Of a DNA stretch of 17,194 nucleotides, positions 7,959 through 16,536 are shown one piece after another. A program made the position numbers and the translations under genes. Origin of the DNA: a virus; the UHGV virus genome UHGV-0072086, one strand, 5' to 3'. The notes beneath the pieces are model-generated. The model was not told the origin of the DNA, searched no databases, and saw only the letters and a program-made list of their open reading frames with translations. The first letter of the stretch is position 1. Each line of letters opens with the position of its first letter.

Positions 7959-7968
7959 ATGTAAGTAT
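7936..7968 (+). promoter_or_regulatory. Candidate PRE (CII-activated establishment promoter), antisense to the cII 5' end
   Basis: TTGC-N6-TTGT at 7936-7949 and -10-like AAGTAT at 7963-7968, arranged as in lambda PRE; a perfect TTGC-N6-TTGC also occurs at 7912-7925. Confidence 0.45.
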
Positions 7969-8037
7969 TTCCTTAGATAACAATTGATTGAATGTATGCA
8001 AATAAATGCATACACCATAGGTGTGGTTTAATTTGAT

Positions 8038-8069
8038 GCCCTTTTTCAGGGCTGGGATGTGTAAGAGCG
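8038..8069 (-). promoter_or_regulatory. nutR (boxA and boxB) N-utilisation site
   Basis: Minus-strand boxA CGCTCTTAC (revcomp of 8061-8069) and boxB GCCCTGAAAAAGGGC (revcomp of 8038-8052) immediately downstream of the cro stop, as in lambda. Confidence 0.8.
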
Positions 8070-8077
8070 GGAATGTC

Positions 8078-9430
<1,353 letters not shown>

Positions 9431-9479
9431 TCCCCACCTCAATCTCGATAACCAAAAACAAACTATTTTTCATTTAAAA

Positions 9480-9560
9480 ACAATGGAGTTTGTTTTTCAC
9501 GCCCCTTTTTACAATATTTCTTGTTTACAACATACAATCTTTCTTGTAATTTTAAGCCAT
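9480..9560 (+). promoter_or_regulatory. Left operator OL (three 434-type sites) and pL promoter region
   Basis: Three ACAA-N6-TTGT sites: acaatggagtttgt (9480-9493), acaatatttcttgt (9511-9524), acaatctttcttgt (9534-9547), upstream of nutL and N; exact -35/-10 not resolved. Confidence 0.7.
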
Positions 9561-9592
9561 CAGCAGGACGCACTGACCACCATGAAGGTGAG

Positions 9593-9622
9593 GCTCTTAA
9601 AAATTAAGCCCTGAAGAAGGGC
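9593..9622 (+). promoter_or_regulatory. nutL (boxA and boxB)
   Basis: boxA-like GCTCTTAAA at 9593-9601 and boxB GCCCTGAAGAAGGGC at 9608-9622, matching lambda nutL as recalled. Confidence 0.8.
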
Positions 9623-9890
9623 AGCATTCAAAGCAGAAGGCTTTGGGGTGTGGTGAAGCCAGCTAGTCACTGGCAAGTGCTTACCTACTGTTGAGCGGTG
9701 AAGCGCTCCCAACGCTAGCAATAGCGTGGACGAGATGGGGAGCCGCGGGCGATAAGGCCGCCATAACGCGCACGTTGTCGCATGGAAAAATCGCTGGGGT
9801 GCCGGTTATACCCCTCCGAATGAGACTCAACAAGCTGGAGCTAGACTACCAGCCACCACACCACCAAAGCTAACTGACAGGAGAATCCAG

Positions 9891-10223
9891 ATGGATGCAC
9901 AAACACGCCGCCGCGAACGTCGCGCAGAGAAACAGGCTCAATGGAAAGCAGCAAATCCCCTGTTGGTTGGGGTAAGCGCAAAACCAGTTAACCGCCCTAT
10001 TCTCTCGCTGAATCGCAAACCGAAATCACGAGTAGAAAGCGCACTGAATCCGATAGACCTTACGGTGCTGGCTGAATACCACGAACAGATTGAAAGCAAC
10101 CTGCAACGTATTGAGCGCAAGAATCAGCGCACATGGTACAGCAAGCCACGCAGTGAAATGGGTGTGACCTGCTCAGGCCGCCAGAAGCAACGCGGAAAAT
10201 CAATTCCAGCTTATTACGATTGA
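9891..10223 (+). CDS. N: Antiterminator N (lambda-type), 110 aa
   Basis: Translation MDAQTRRRERRAEKQAQWKAANPLLVGVSAKPVNRPILSLNRKPKSRVESALNPIDLTVLAEYH... matches lambda N (arginine-rich boxB-binding motif at the N-terminus); AGGAGA RBS. Confidence 0.95.
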   Translation: MDAQTRRRERRAEKQAQWKAANPLLVGVSAKPVNRPILSLNRKPKSRVESALNPIDLTVLAEYHEQIESNLQRIERKNQRTWYSKPRSEMGVTCSGRQKQRGKSIPAYYD

Positions 10224-10231
10224 GGTGAGCC

Positions 10232-10369
10232 ATGCTCAAGAAAGTCAAACGCCGACTTTACAAAGAAGGTAGATATTCATGCCAGTTGCCAAAATGCGAC
10301 ACAACAAAATGGAGTGTCGACGATTGGTGTAACTGGATAGATAGATACGGAACTTGGTGGGATAAATAA
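10232..10369 (+). CDS. Possible small Cys/Trp-rich protein, 45 aa
   Basis: Not in the ORF track. ATG at 10232 with GAGGTG RBS 9 nt after the N stop; translation MLKKVKRRLYKEGRYSCQLPKCDTTKWSVDDWCNWIDRYGTWWDK. Speculative. Confidence 0.3.
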   Translation: MLKKVKRRLYKEGRYSCQLPKCDTTKWSVDDWCNWIDRYGTWWDK

Positions 10370-10426
10370 CAGGTAACTTAAGCGTATTTACTTTCGCAGC
10401 AAACCACTTATTTGAGAGGAATTAAT

Positions 10427-11050
10427 ATGTCATCAATCCGCTTAACTACGAGAATGAAAGAGGAAATCGCTCGTAACGCTTTAATTAAGTCTGGGGTCTT
10501 CACTGAACTTGAAGAAGTAACAAAGTTAAAGAACCAGCTTGCACTTGACGCCAGAGTTATTGCGTTTGGCGGTAAAAAGAAAACTGAGGAAGTGGATCAG
10601 TTATCATCCAAGTTGGTAGCTATAAGTGAAGAACTTGAAAAGATGGGATGTTCATTTTACTCATACGATGTTAGTTCTACTTCAATTTATCTGACTGTAT
10701 CTGGCAGAAGGGTTGGATGGCATTCATATGGGAAAGACGGCAACGGCGAAGATATATTGCTCCCTACTCCGACCAAAGATAAATGCATGTTTAGCGCAGA
10801 ACACGAAATAACAAAAAGGTTTGATGAAATCTGCGCATTGCAACAAAAACTTGAAGCCAAGAAAAAGGATATCGAATCAAATGTATGGGCTGCTTTGAAC
10901 TCAGTCACAACAGTTAAGCGACTTATTGAAGTTTGGCCTGAAAGCAAAGAATTGCTACCAAAAGAAGCAGATAAAGCAAGTACAGCACTTCCTGCTTTAC
11001 GGGTAGAAGATTTGAATAAGATGATTGGACTTCCTTCCGAGGCCGCATAG
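10427..11050 (+). CDS. Hypothetical protein, 207 aa, first substantial gene downstream of N
   Basis: ATG at 10427 with GAGAGGA RBS (track ORF begins 15 nt upstream at a weaker start); hydrophilic, coiled-coil-like; followed by an intrinsic terminator. No family recognised. Confidence 0.7.
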   Translation: MSSIRLTTRMKEEIARNALIKSGVFTELEEVTKLKNQLALDARVIAFGGKKKTEEVDQLSSKLVAISEELEKMGCSFYSYDVSSTSIYLTVSGRRVGWHSYGKDGNGEDILLPTPTKDKCMFSAEHEITKRFDEICALQQKLEAKKKDIESNVWAALNSVTTVKRLIEVWPESKELLPKEADKASTALPALRVEDLNKMIGLPSEAA

Positions 11051-11066
11051 TCGGCCTTTATTTTTG
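11040..11066 (+). terminator. Intrinsic terminator at the 3' end of the 207-aa gene
   Basis: Stem aggccg (11040-11045) / cggcct (11052-11057) with 6-nt loop, followed by ttatttttgg. Confidence 0.55.
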
Positions 11067-11184
11067 GCATAAACAACAGAATAAACACTGCACTGTGTAT
11101 TCATTCCAACGAGTGAATACACGGAGCAATGTCGCTCGTAACTAAACAGGAGCCGACTTGTTCTGATTATTGGAAATCTTCTTT

Positions 11185-11210
11185 GCCCTCCAGTGTGAGG
11201 GCCTTTTTAT
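11185..11210 (+). terminator. Intrinsic terminator upstream of the cIII-like gene (tL2-like)
   Basis: Stem gccctc (11185-11190) / gagggc (11197-11202) with 6-nt loop, followed by ctttttat. Confidence 0.55.
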
Positions 11211-11274
11211 ATGCATACCAATAACGCTTCATTCGAGGCGTTTTCGTTATGCAATCAAATATAAGGAGTTACCC

Positions 11275-11409
11275 ATGATGCACTTTCAGCTCGCGGGTAG
11301 CGGCGTCATGTCCGCTTTCTACCCGCACGAATCTGAATTATCACGCCGAGTTAAACAATTAATCAGAGCAGCAAAGAAACAACTGGAGGCGTTATGCGCA
11401 ATGAAATAG
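11275..11409 (+). CDS. cIII: CIII-like protein (putative FtsH inhibitor), 44 aa
   Basis: ATG at 11275 with AAGGAG RBS; translation MMHFQLAGSGVMSAFYPHESELSRRVKQLIRAAKKQLEALCAMK has a central amphipathic helix resembling lambda CIII (ESLLERITRKLRDGWKRL); position as in the lambda pL operon. Confidence 0.5.
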   Translation: MMHFQLAGSGVMSAFYPHESELSRRVKQLIRAAKKQLEALCAMK

Positions 11410-11546
11410 CCATCAATCACCAGATGCTTCGTGCTGCACAAAACAAAGCAGTAATAGCCAGATTTATTGGTGATTCCAAAATGTGGCTTGAAGCAAATAA
11501 AGCGATGAAATCAGCTATCAACCTTCCGTGGTATCGCAGGAAATGA
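11394..11546 (+). CDS. kil: Kil-like small protein, 50 aa
   Basis: Not in the ORF track. ATG at 11394 with GGAGG RBS, overlapping the cIII-like 3' end in another frame; translation MRNEIAINHQMLRAAQNKAVIARFIGDSKMWLEANKAMKSAINLPWYRRK resembles lambda Kil as I remember it (around FIGDEKMF). Confidence 0.4.
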   Translation: MRNEIAINHQMLRAAQNKAVIARFIGDSKMWLEANKAMKSAINLPWYRRK

Positions 11547-11701
11547 GTTTTACAGATAACTGGTCAGACGAAGAATTCATTCGTCAGATGAAAGAATTAA
11601 TCGGTAACGAAGGAGATATTCATGTCACTTGCAACCACAGTGAAGGAGAGCAAGTTACAGAGACGCATGTACACGCAGAAAGCTCTCTGGTATCGCCATA
11701 A
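11543..11701 (+). CDS. Possible small His/Cys-containing protein, 52 aa (alternative A in the gam position)
   Basis: ATG at 11543 overlaps the Kil-like stop (ATGA); translation MSFTDNWSDEEFIRQMKELIGNEGDIHVTCNHSEGEQVTETHVHAESSLVSP. Overlaps alternative B by about 80 nt in another frame. Confidence 0.25.
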   Translation: MSFTDNWSDEEFIRQMKELIGNEGDIHVTCNHSEGEQVTETHVHAESSLVSP

Positions 11702-11792
11702 TGGCGACCGCGAAGGAATGCGGGTATGCCTTAATTTGTCTCGAGTCGAAGTATTAAATCAGCGTTATTTCCTTGGGCCGTGTCCATTCTGA
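11622..11792 (+). CDS. Possible small protein, 56 aa (alternative B in the gam position)
   Basis: ATG at 11622 with GAAGGAG RBS; translation MSLATTVKESKLQRRMYTQKALWYRHNGDREGMRVCLNLSRVEVLNQRYFLGPCPF; stop 8 nt before the annealing-protein start. Confidence 0.25.
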   Translation: MSLATTVKESKLQRRMYTQKALWYRHNGDREGMRVCLNLSRVEVLNQRYFLGPCPF

Positions 11793-11800
11793 GGTGAATT

Positions 11801-12508
11801 ATGGATTTGAATAAATTCGATGAGCCATTCAGCCCTGAAGATATCGAATGGCGAATACAGCAAAGCGGTAAAACACGCGATGGCAAAGTGTGGGCTATGG
11901 TGCTGGCTTATGTCACGAACCGGGCAATCATGAAACGCCTGGACGATGTTTGCGGCAAAGCAGGATGGCGCAATGAATACCGCGATATTCCCAACAACGG
12001 AGGCGTTGAATGCGGCATATCAATCAGGATTGATTCCGAATGGGTAACCAAATGGGATGCTGCTGAAAACACGCAGGTAGAAGCCGTCAAAGGTGGTCGT
12101 TCAGGTGCAATGAAGCGTGCTGCCGTTCAGTGGGGAATCGGTCGGTATCTGTATAACCTTGAGGAAGGTTTCGCACAAACATCTCTCGATAAAAAGCAGG
12201 GATGGCACAGGGCAAAACTCAAGGATGGAACAGGATTTTACTGGCTCCCTCCATCGCTGCCGGGATGGGCAATCCCAGCATCAGATAACAAACCATCACC
12301 AGAAAATACCAACCAGAAATCTCCATCGGTTGACTGCGAGCAAATCCTGAAAGACTTCAGCGATTATGCGTCAACAGAAACTGACAAGAAAAAACTCATC
12401 GAGCGTTATCAGCGTGACTGGCAATTAATGGCTGGCAACGAGGAGGCGCAGGCTAAATGCGTTCAGGTAATGAACATCAGAGTTAACGAACTAAAACAGG
12501 CGGCATAA
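11801..12508 (+). CDS. Rad52/22-family single-strand annealing protein (phage recombinase), 235 aa
   Basis: Signature segment GGRSGAMKRAAVQWGIGRYLYNLEEG resembles the conserved Rad52/22 annealing-protein motif; GAGGTG RBS; occupies the bet position of the pL operon. Confidence 0.8.
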   Translation: MDLNKFDEPFSPEDIEWRIQQSGKTRDGKVWAMVLAYVTNRAIMKRLDDVCGKAGWRNEYRDIPNNGGVECGISIRIDSEWVTKWDAAENTQVEAVKGGRSGAMKRAAVQWGIGRYLYNLEEGFAQTSLDKKQGWHRAKLKDGTGFYWLPPSLPGWAIPASDNKPSPENTNQKSPSVDCEQILKDFSDYASTETDKKKLIERYQRDWQLMAGNEEAQAKCVQVMNIRVNELKQAA

Positions 12509-12976
12509 ATGTCTCACTTGGACGGAATTATTAAAAGATTCGAGTCCAGCTACAAAGTTAATGAAACAACAGGTTGCTGGGAGTCTACCTATTCAAAAAA
12601 CAAAGGAGGATACACAAAATTTGTAGCCTTTGGCGTAACAATGCTTTCTCATCGGGTTGCTTTTGAGCTTTATCACTCCCCCATTCCATCTGGGAAGATG
12701 GTTTGCCACAAATGCGATAACCCATGCTGCGTTAATCCTGAACATCTCTTTTTAGGTAGCGCGCAAGAAAACATGGACGACAAGATAGCAAAAGGAAGGC
12801 ATCGTGGAGCCAAAAAAGGTCATGCTCATCATGGTGCAAAATTAACAGAGTGGCAGGTTATAGAAATTAGGAAAAGACTCTCTGAAAAAGAGAGTCAGTA
12901 CAAGATAGCAAAAGACATGGGTGTATCTCAATCAATTATAAGCAACATAAAAATTGGCAAGAGGTGGAGCAAATGA
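12509..12976 (+). CDS. HNH endonuclease (HNH_3-like with AP2-type DNA-binding domain), 155 aa
   Basis: Motifs HRVAFELYH and [27 protein letters not shown] are typical of phage HNH endonucleases; starts directly after the annealing-protein stop and overlaps the SSB start (ATGA). Confidence 0.8.
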   Translation: MSHLDGIIKRFESSYKVNETTGCWESTYSKNKGGYTKFVAFGVTMLSHRVAFELYHSPIPSGKMVCHKCDNPCCVNPEHLFLGSAQENMDDKIAKGRHRGAKKGHAHHGAKLTEWQVIEIRKRLSEKESQYKIAKDMGVSQSIISNIKIGKRWSK

Positions 12977-13488
12977 GTTCTCGCGGGATAAATAAGGTGA
13001 TCATTATTGGTCGCCTTGGGCATGATCCAGAAATCAGATATTCACCATCAGGAACGGCATTTGCAAACCTTACAGTTGCTACGTCAGAACAATGGCGTGA
13101 TAAGCAAACTGGAGAGCAAAAGGAGCATACGGAGTGGCACCGTGTGGTAATGAGCGGGAAACTGGCAGAAATTGCCAGCGAGTATCTGCGGAAAGGCTCA
13201 GAGGTTTATCTTGAAGGCAAATTGCGGACAAGAAAATGGCAGGATCAAAGTGGACAGGATCGGTTCACTACCGAAGTCATCGTAGGCGTTGGTGGAACCA
13301 TGCAAATGCTTGGTGGCAAGCAAGGAGGAAATGAACAGTCTTCTCCTCAGCGAAATAACGGTCAGCAACAAAGACAGCAACCTCAGCAGCAGGGAAATCA
13401 CAGCGAACCACCTATGGAGTTTGACGACGATATACCATTTGCGCCAGTAACTCTCCCCTTCCCTCGTCACGCTATTCACGCAATTTAA
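12973..13488 (+). CDS. ssb: Single-stranded DNA-binding protein SSB, about 171 aa
   Basis: From the ATG at 12973: [48 protein letters not shown]..., a clear OB-fold SSB (compare E. coli SSB MASRGVNKVILVGNLG), with Gln/Gly-rich tail and acidic C-terminus DDDIPF. Confidence 0.9.
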   Translation: MSSRGINKVIIIGRLGHDPEIRYSPSGTAFANLTVATSEQWRDKQTGEQKEHTEWHRVVMSGKLAEIASEYLRKGSEVYLEGKLRTRKWQDQSGQDRFTTEVIVGVGGTMQMLGGKQGGNEQSSPQRNNGQQQRQQPQQQGNHSEPPMEFDDDIPFAPVTLPFPRHAIHAI

Positions 13489-13501
13489 TCAGGAGAAAAT
13501 C

Positions 13502-13795
13502 ATGCCAGCGCCTCTGTATGGTGCGGACGACGTGCGCCGCTGTTCCGGCAATTCCGTATCGGAGGTGCTGGATAAATTCAGAAAAAACTACGACCTGATA
13601 ATGTCGCTACCGCAGGAAACGAAAGAGGAAAAGGAATTTCGTCATTGTATATGGCTTGCAGAGAAAGAAGAACGCGAGCGAATTTACCAGACATCAATCC
13701 GACCATTCCGCAAAGCCACATATACCCACTTCCCTGAAATTGACCCGCGCCTGCGTAATTACCGCTCACGCTATGGCGCTATCAGTAATGACTGA
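13502..13795 (+). CDS. Hypothetical protein, 97 aa
   Basis: ORF with AGGAG RBS immediately after ssb; no family recognised. Confidence 0.55.
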   Translation: MPAPLYGADDVRRCSGNSVSEVLDKFRKNYDLIMSLPQETKEEKEFRHCIWLAEKEERERIYQTSIRPFRKATYTHFPEIDPRLRNYRSRYGAISND

Positions 13796-13805
13796 GGAAT
13801 TTACC

Positions 13806-13970
13806 ATGAGAGGACTTGCATACAATCCCGGCATTCTTCCGGCAGAAATGATTATTCGCCAACGCGTAAAGCCAATGCCATCGAGAGAGGAATTGCTTAA
13901 AAGGAAGAGTTTCGGTTCTGTTAATGACAACAAATATCTTAATGCGATGTGGCGGAGTGGGAAGAAATGA
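13806..13970 (+). CDS. Possible small protein, 54 aa
   Basis: ATG at 13806 with GAGGAA RBS (the track's longer ORF from 13656 overlaps the preceding gene and is unlikely); stop overlaps the next gene's start (ATGA). Confidence 0.35.
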   Translation: MRGLAYNPGILPAEMIIRQRVKPMPSREELLKRKSFGSVNDNKYLNAMWRSGKK

Positions 13971-14449
13971 AACAAATGTCACTAATTGAGATGGATGGTT
14001 TTCTGAAAGGTAAATGCATCCCGCGAGATTTAAAGGTTAACGAAACAAACGCTGAATATCTGGTGCGTAAATTTGCTGAAGCGGAGGCCAAGATTTCGGC
14101 TCTGTACGAAGACCAGCAGAGAGCGATTGAGTCAATTAAGCAAGCTGATTCGGCTGTTAAGTTGGCACACGAGAAGTTTTCAGCGCTGGCGGCGGAGAAT
14201 GCGGGGCTGAAACATGCAATGGCTGTAACTCTTGAGCATGTGTCGGTCACGGATGCAGGGCAGGCCGGAGTTGCTGCAATGATTATCAACGATGCCCTGC
14301 ACCACAGCGAAACTCCAGCCACCGACGCCTTCCTGGCTGAAGTGCGGGCTCAGGGTGTGGAGATGTTTGCGGAGTGTGCATACACACTTGAACATCATGA
14401 TCACGCAGTAGCTTTTGCCGCCGAGCTACGCAAAGGAGGCAACCAGTGA
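13967..14449 (+). CDS. Hypothetical coiled-coil protein, 160 aa
   Basis: ATG at 13967 (ATGA overlap with upstream ORF); Ala/Glu-rich helical N-terminus; stop overlaps the next gene's start (GTGA). Confidence 0.55.
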   Translation: MKQMSLIEMDGFLKGKCIPRDLKVNETNAEYLVRKFAEAEAKISALYEDQQRAIESIKQADSAVKLAHEKFSALAAENAGLKHAMAVTLEHVSVTDAGQAGVAAMIINDALHHSETPATDAFLAEVRAQGVEMFAECAYTLEHHDHAVAFAAELRKGGNQ

Positions 14450-15039
14450 GCAAGATTGACTATCAGGCACTGCGTGAGGCAGCAGAAGCAATAAAAGTCG
14501 TGGCAACGCCGCAAAAATTGCTTGCGTTTCGTATGAAGGTCACACCGCAGGTTGTGCTGGCGCTACTGGATGAACGGGAAAGAAACCAGCAATACATCAA
14601 ACGCCGCGACCAGGAGAACGAGGATATTGCGCTTACGGTTGGGAAGCTGCGCGTTGAGCTGGAAGGCAAAGACAGCAAAATAGCCAATCTTACCGCCGAA
14701 CGCGATGCTCTTCGTGAAGGTGAGATGGGCGACGCTAGGCATAGCAACACACGGGCCGCAGCTGATATCTACTTCCAACTGGTCGAGGAATGCGAAATTC
14801 CTGCTGGCGGATCTCTGGTCGAGTACGTTGACGATATGCGCGAGAAGCTGGAAGCCGCAGAGAAGCGCATTGCAGAACTGTCTGCTAGCCACAGCAAATT
14901 GCGCGACACAATGGCTGGCATCCACAACACAATCCGAATGGATGGCGGCTATACGCCACTGGCAGCAATCCTTAACGCTGCTAAACGCGCATATGAAGAA
15001 TCAGCAAGCGCAGCTGGCATTCGCATCAAAGGAGAGTGA
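14446..15039 (+). CDS. Ead/Ea22-like family protein (coiled-coil), 197 aa
   Basis: GTG start with AAGGAGG RBS; N-terminus [17 protein letters not shown] and coiled-coil body resemble the ead/Ea22-like proteins common in lambdoid prophage early-left regions (from memory). Confidence 0.55.
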   Translation: MSKIDYQALREAAEAIKVVATPQKLLAFRMKVTPQVVLALLDERERNQQYIKRRDQENEDIALTVGKLRVELEGKDSKIANLTAERDALREGEMGDARHSNTRAAADIYFQLVEECEIPAGGSLVEYVDDMREKLEAAEKRIAELSASHSKLRDTMAGIHNTIRMDGGYTPLAAILNAAKRAYEESASAAGIRIKGE

Positions 15040-15040
15040 T

Positions 15041-15250
15041 ATGGCTATTGCCGCAAGTTACACCATGCATCTCTATTGTGACTGCCGCCAGTGTACGGAA
15101 GGTGTATATCCAGTGCCAGACTTCGGTGAGTATATCGGTACGTCATGGTCTGGTTGTGCAAAAGAGGCGCGCAAGGATGGCTGGCGAATAAGCAAAGACA
15201 AAACGCGTGCTTTTGCGCCCGGGCATAAAGTTTTGAGGATTAACAAATGA
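15041..15250 (+). CDS. Possible small Cys-rich protein, 69 aa
   Basis: ATG at 15041 with AAAGGAGAG RBS, 1 nt after the upstream stop; translation MAIAASYTMHLYCDCRQCTEGVYPVPDFGEYIGTSWSGCAKEARKDGW... (C-x-C-x2-C...C); stop overlaps the next gene's start (ATGA). Confidence 0.4.
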   Translation: MAIAASYTMHLYCDCRQCTEGVYPVPDFGEYIGTSWSGCAKEARKDGWRISKDKTRAFAPGHKVLRINK

Positions 15251-16536
15251 CCACTATTACCAGAGAACAAGCTCTGAAAATTATTGAGGCAGCCGATGAG
15301 GTTATTAGTGCGCTTGCCGGAACTAACGAGGATGTTCACCCTGGTAGCGATAACATGCTACGCCTGTGGGATGACCTGAATGACCGTTACGCGCCGCCGG
15401 AAGTTGTGCGTGAGCTGGCACGGATTGCACTGGCCTCGCTTGAGGCAGAGCCAGTTGGTGCATTCCACATTGCTGAACAGCAAGTTGACGGCACAAGTGA
15501 CTATCTCAAGGATGGAGAATGGCCTATTGATAATGGGATTATTGAAGCCTACGCCGCTCCGCCAGTACCGGTAGTACCTGCTGCATTACCTGAGAACGAC
15601 GATGAGGACGGGCATGACATTGATTATCTTGAGCCATCTGAAGTTTACGCGCTTGGGCGAACAGCTGGCTGGAACGCCTGCCGCGCCGCCATGCTTCAGT
15701 CCGGAAACTTTCGGGAAAATAAGAATTCGTCAACCAATAATTTTCGGGAAATCGCGGAAACGTCAACCAACTATCCGGTAATTCCTAGTGAGGTGTTGTC
15801 CGCAATCCTGAAGGTTGCCAAGATTCGTGCCGATTTCGATGATTTTGACGGCGACAGACGAGGTATCGGTGATTGTCTGGATGAGGCTGAGCAAGAGCTT
15901 ATCGTTACCATTAACAAATATGCCAGTCAGTTGGCAGCAGAACCGATAGCGACTAATGACGTTCGAGAGCAGCAGACAGCCGTTCCGCCAGTTCCGGAAA
16001 TACAGGCTGATGTCGGGCAGTCAATTGAAAAACTCAAACGGAAATTAGTGGAATGCAATCGCTATAACTACTGCGCAGATGCAGTTAAGGGCGTTGAGTA
16101 TGCCTGCCACGCTGCCATGCTTCAGGGTAGCCAACCTGTAAGCCAAACTTACAAGTTTCCAGTTAATACACCTTGCCAGGATGCGCCAGCCCATATCTGG
16201 CTGCAAACAGCTGGAGTATGGCCAGAAGATGGCGAGTTAAGCGAATTAACGTGGTGCAGCCACAATCAGCACCATGATGACACGCTATATGTTCGAGCTG
16301 ACTTGGTAAATGGCAATTCTCCGGTAACTCCGGATGGTTGGATAAGCTGTAGTGATCGAATGCCGGAAGACACCAAAATGTTACTGGCATTTAGTCAAGG
16401 TGAAATCGTGGCAGCATATTGGAACTGGGTTGTAAATCCAATTGATTACAAAAAATATAGAGCTTTCACGTATTTATCAGGAAATATCTTGGATGACGTA
16501 ACTCACTGGATGCCGCTACCAGAGCCTCCACTTTGA
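15247..16536 (+). CDS. DUF551-domain protein with Ea22-like N-terminal region, 429 aa
   Basis: C-terminal segment WISCSDRMPEDTKMLLAFSQGEIVAAYWNW...THWMPLPEPP is typical of DUF551 phage proteins as recalled; acidic and Pro-rich linkers; internal 33-bp tandem repeat at 15708-15770. Confidence 0.7.
   Translation: MTTITREQALKIIEAADEVISALAGTNEDVHPGSDNMLRLWDDLNDRYAPPEVVRELARIALASLEAEPVGAFHIAEQQVDGTSDYLKDGEWPIDNGIIEAYAAPPVPVVPAALPENDDEDGHDIDYLEPSEVYALGRTAGWNACRAAMLQSGNFRENKNSSTNNFREIAETSTNYPVIPSEVLSAILKVAKIRADFDDFDGDRRGIGDCLDEAEQELIVTINKYASQLAAEPIATNDVREQQTAVPPVPEIQADVGQSIEKLKRKLVECNRYNYCADAVKGVEYACHAAMLQGSQPVSQTYKFPVNTPCQDAPAHIWLQTAGVWPEDGELSELTWCSHNQHHDDTLYVRADLVNGNSPVTPDGWISCSDRMPEDTKMLLAFSQGEIVAAYWNWVVNPIDYKKYRAFTYLSGNILDDVTHWMPLPEPPL

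Noticed and set aside
7995-8016. Palindrome tgtatgca-N6-tgcataca in the cII leader
   Set aside because: Lies in a stretch that otherwise matches the lambda cII leader as recalled; likely part of the known tR1/leader region rather than a new element. Could not verify from memory.
9691-9873. 60-codon + strand ORF in the N leader
   Set aside because: TTG start with no RBS, inside the untranslated leader between nutL and N; more likely structured leader RNA.
9938-10248. Two minus-strand ORFs (60 and 62 aa) overlapping N
   Set aside because: Antisense to lambda-type N.
10687-11088. 133-aa minus-strand ORF
   Set aside because: Antisense to the 207-aa gene and runs through its terminator; serine-rich, low-complexity translation.
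11170-11274. 5' extension of the cIII-like ORF (79-aa version)
   Set aside because: The extension covers an intrinsic terminator hairpin and has no RBS; the AAGGAG-preceded ATG at 11275 is the credible start.
13198-14404. Several minus-strand ORFs (93, 63, 69, 66, 127 and 74 aa) opposite ssb and the downstream genes
   Set aside because: All antisense to a compact, translationally coupled + strand operon; no RBS support.
14463-15339. Minus-strand ORFs (95, 120 and 88 aa) and the long + strand frame 14705-15250
   Set aside because: They overlap the Ea22-like gene in other frames; only the 3' part of the + frame (15041-15250) has an RBS and was kept as a small CDS.
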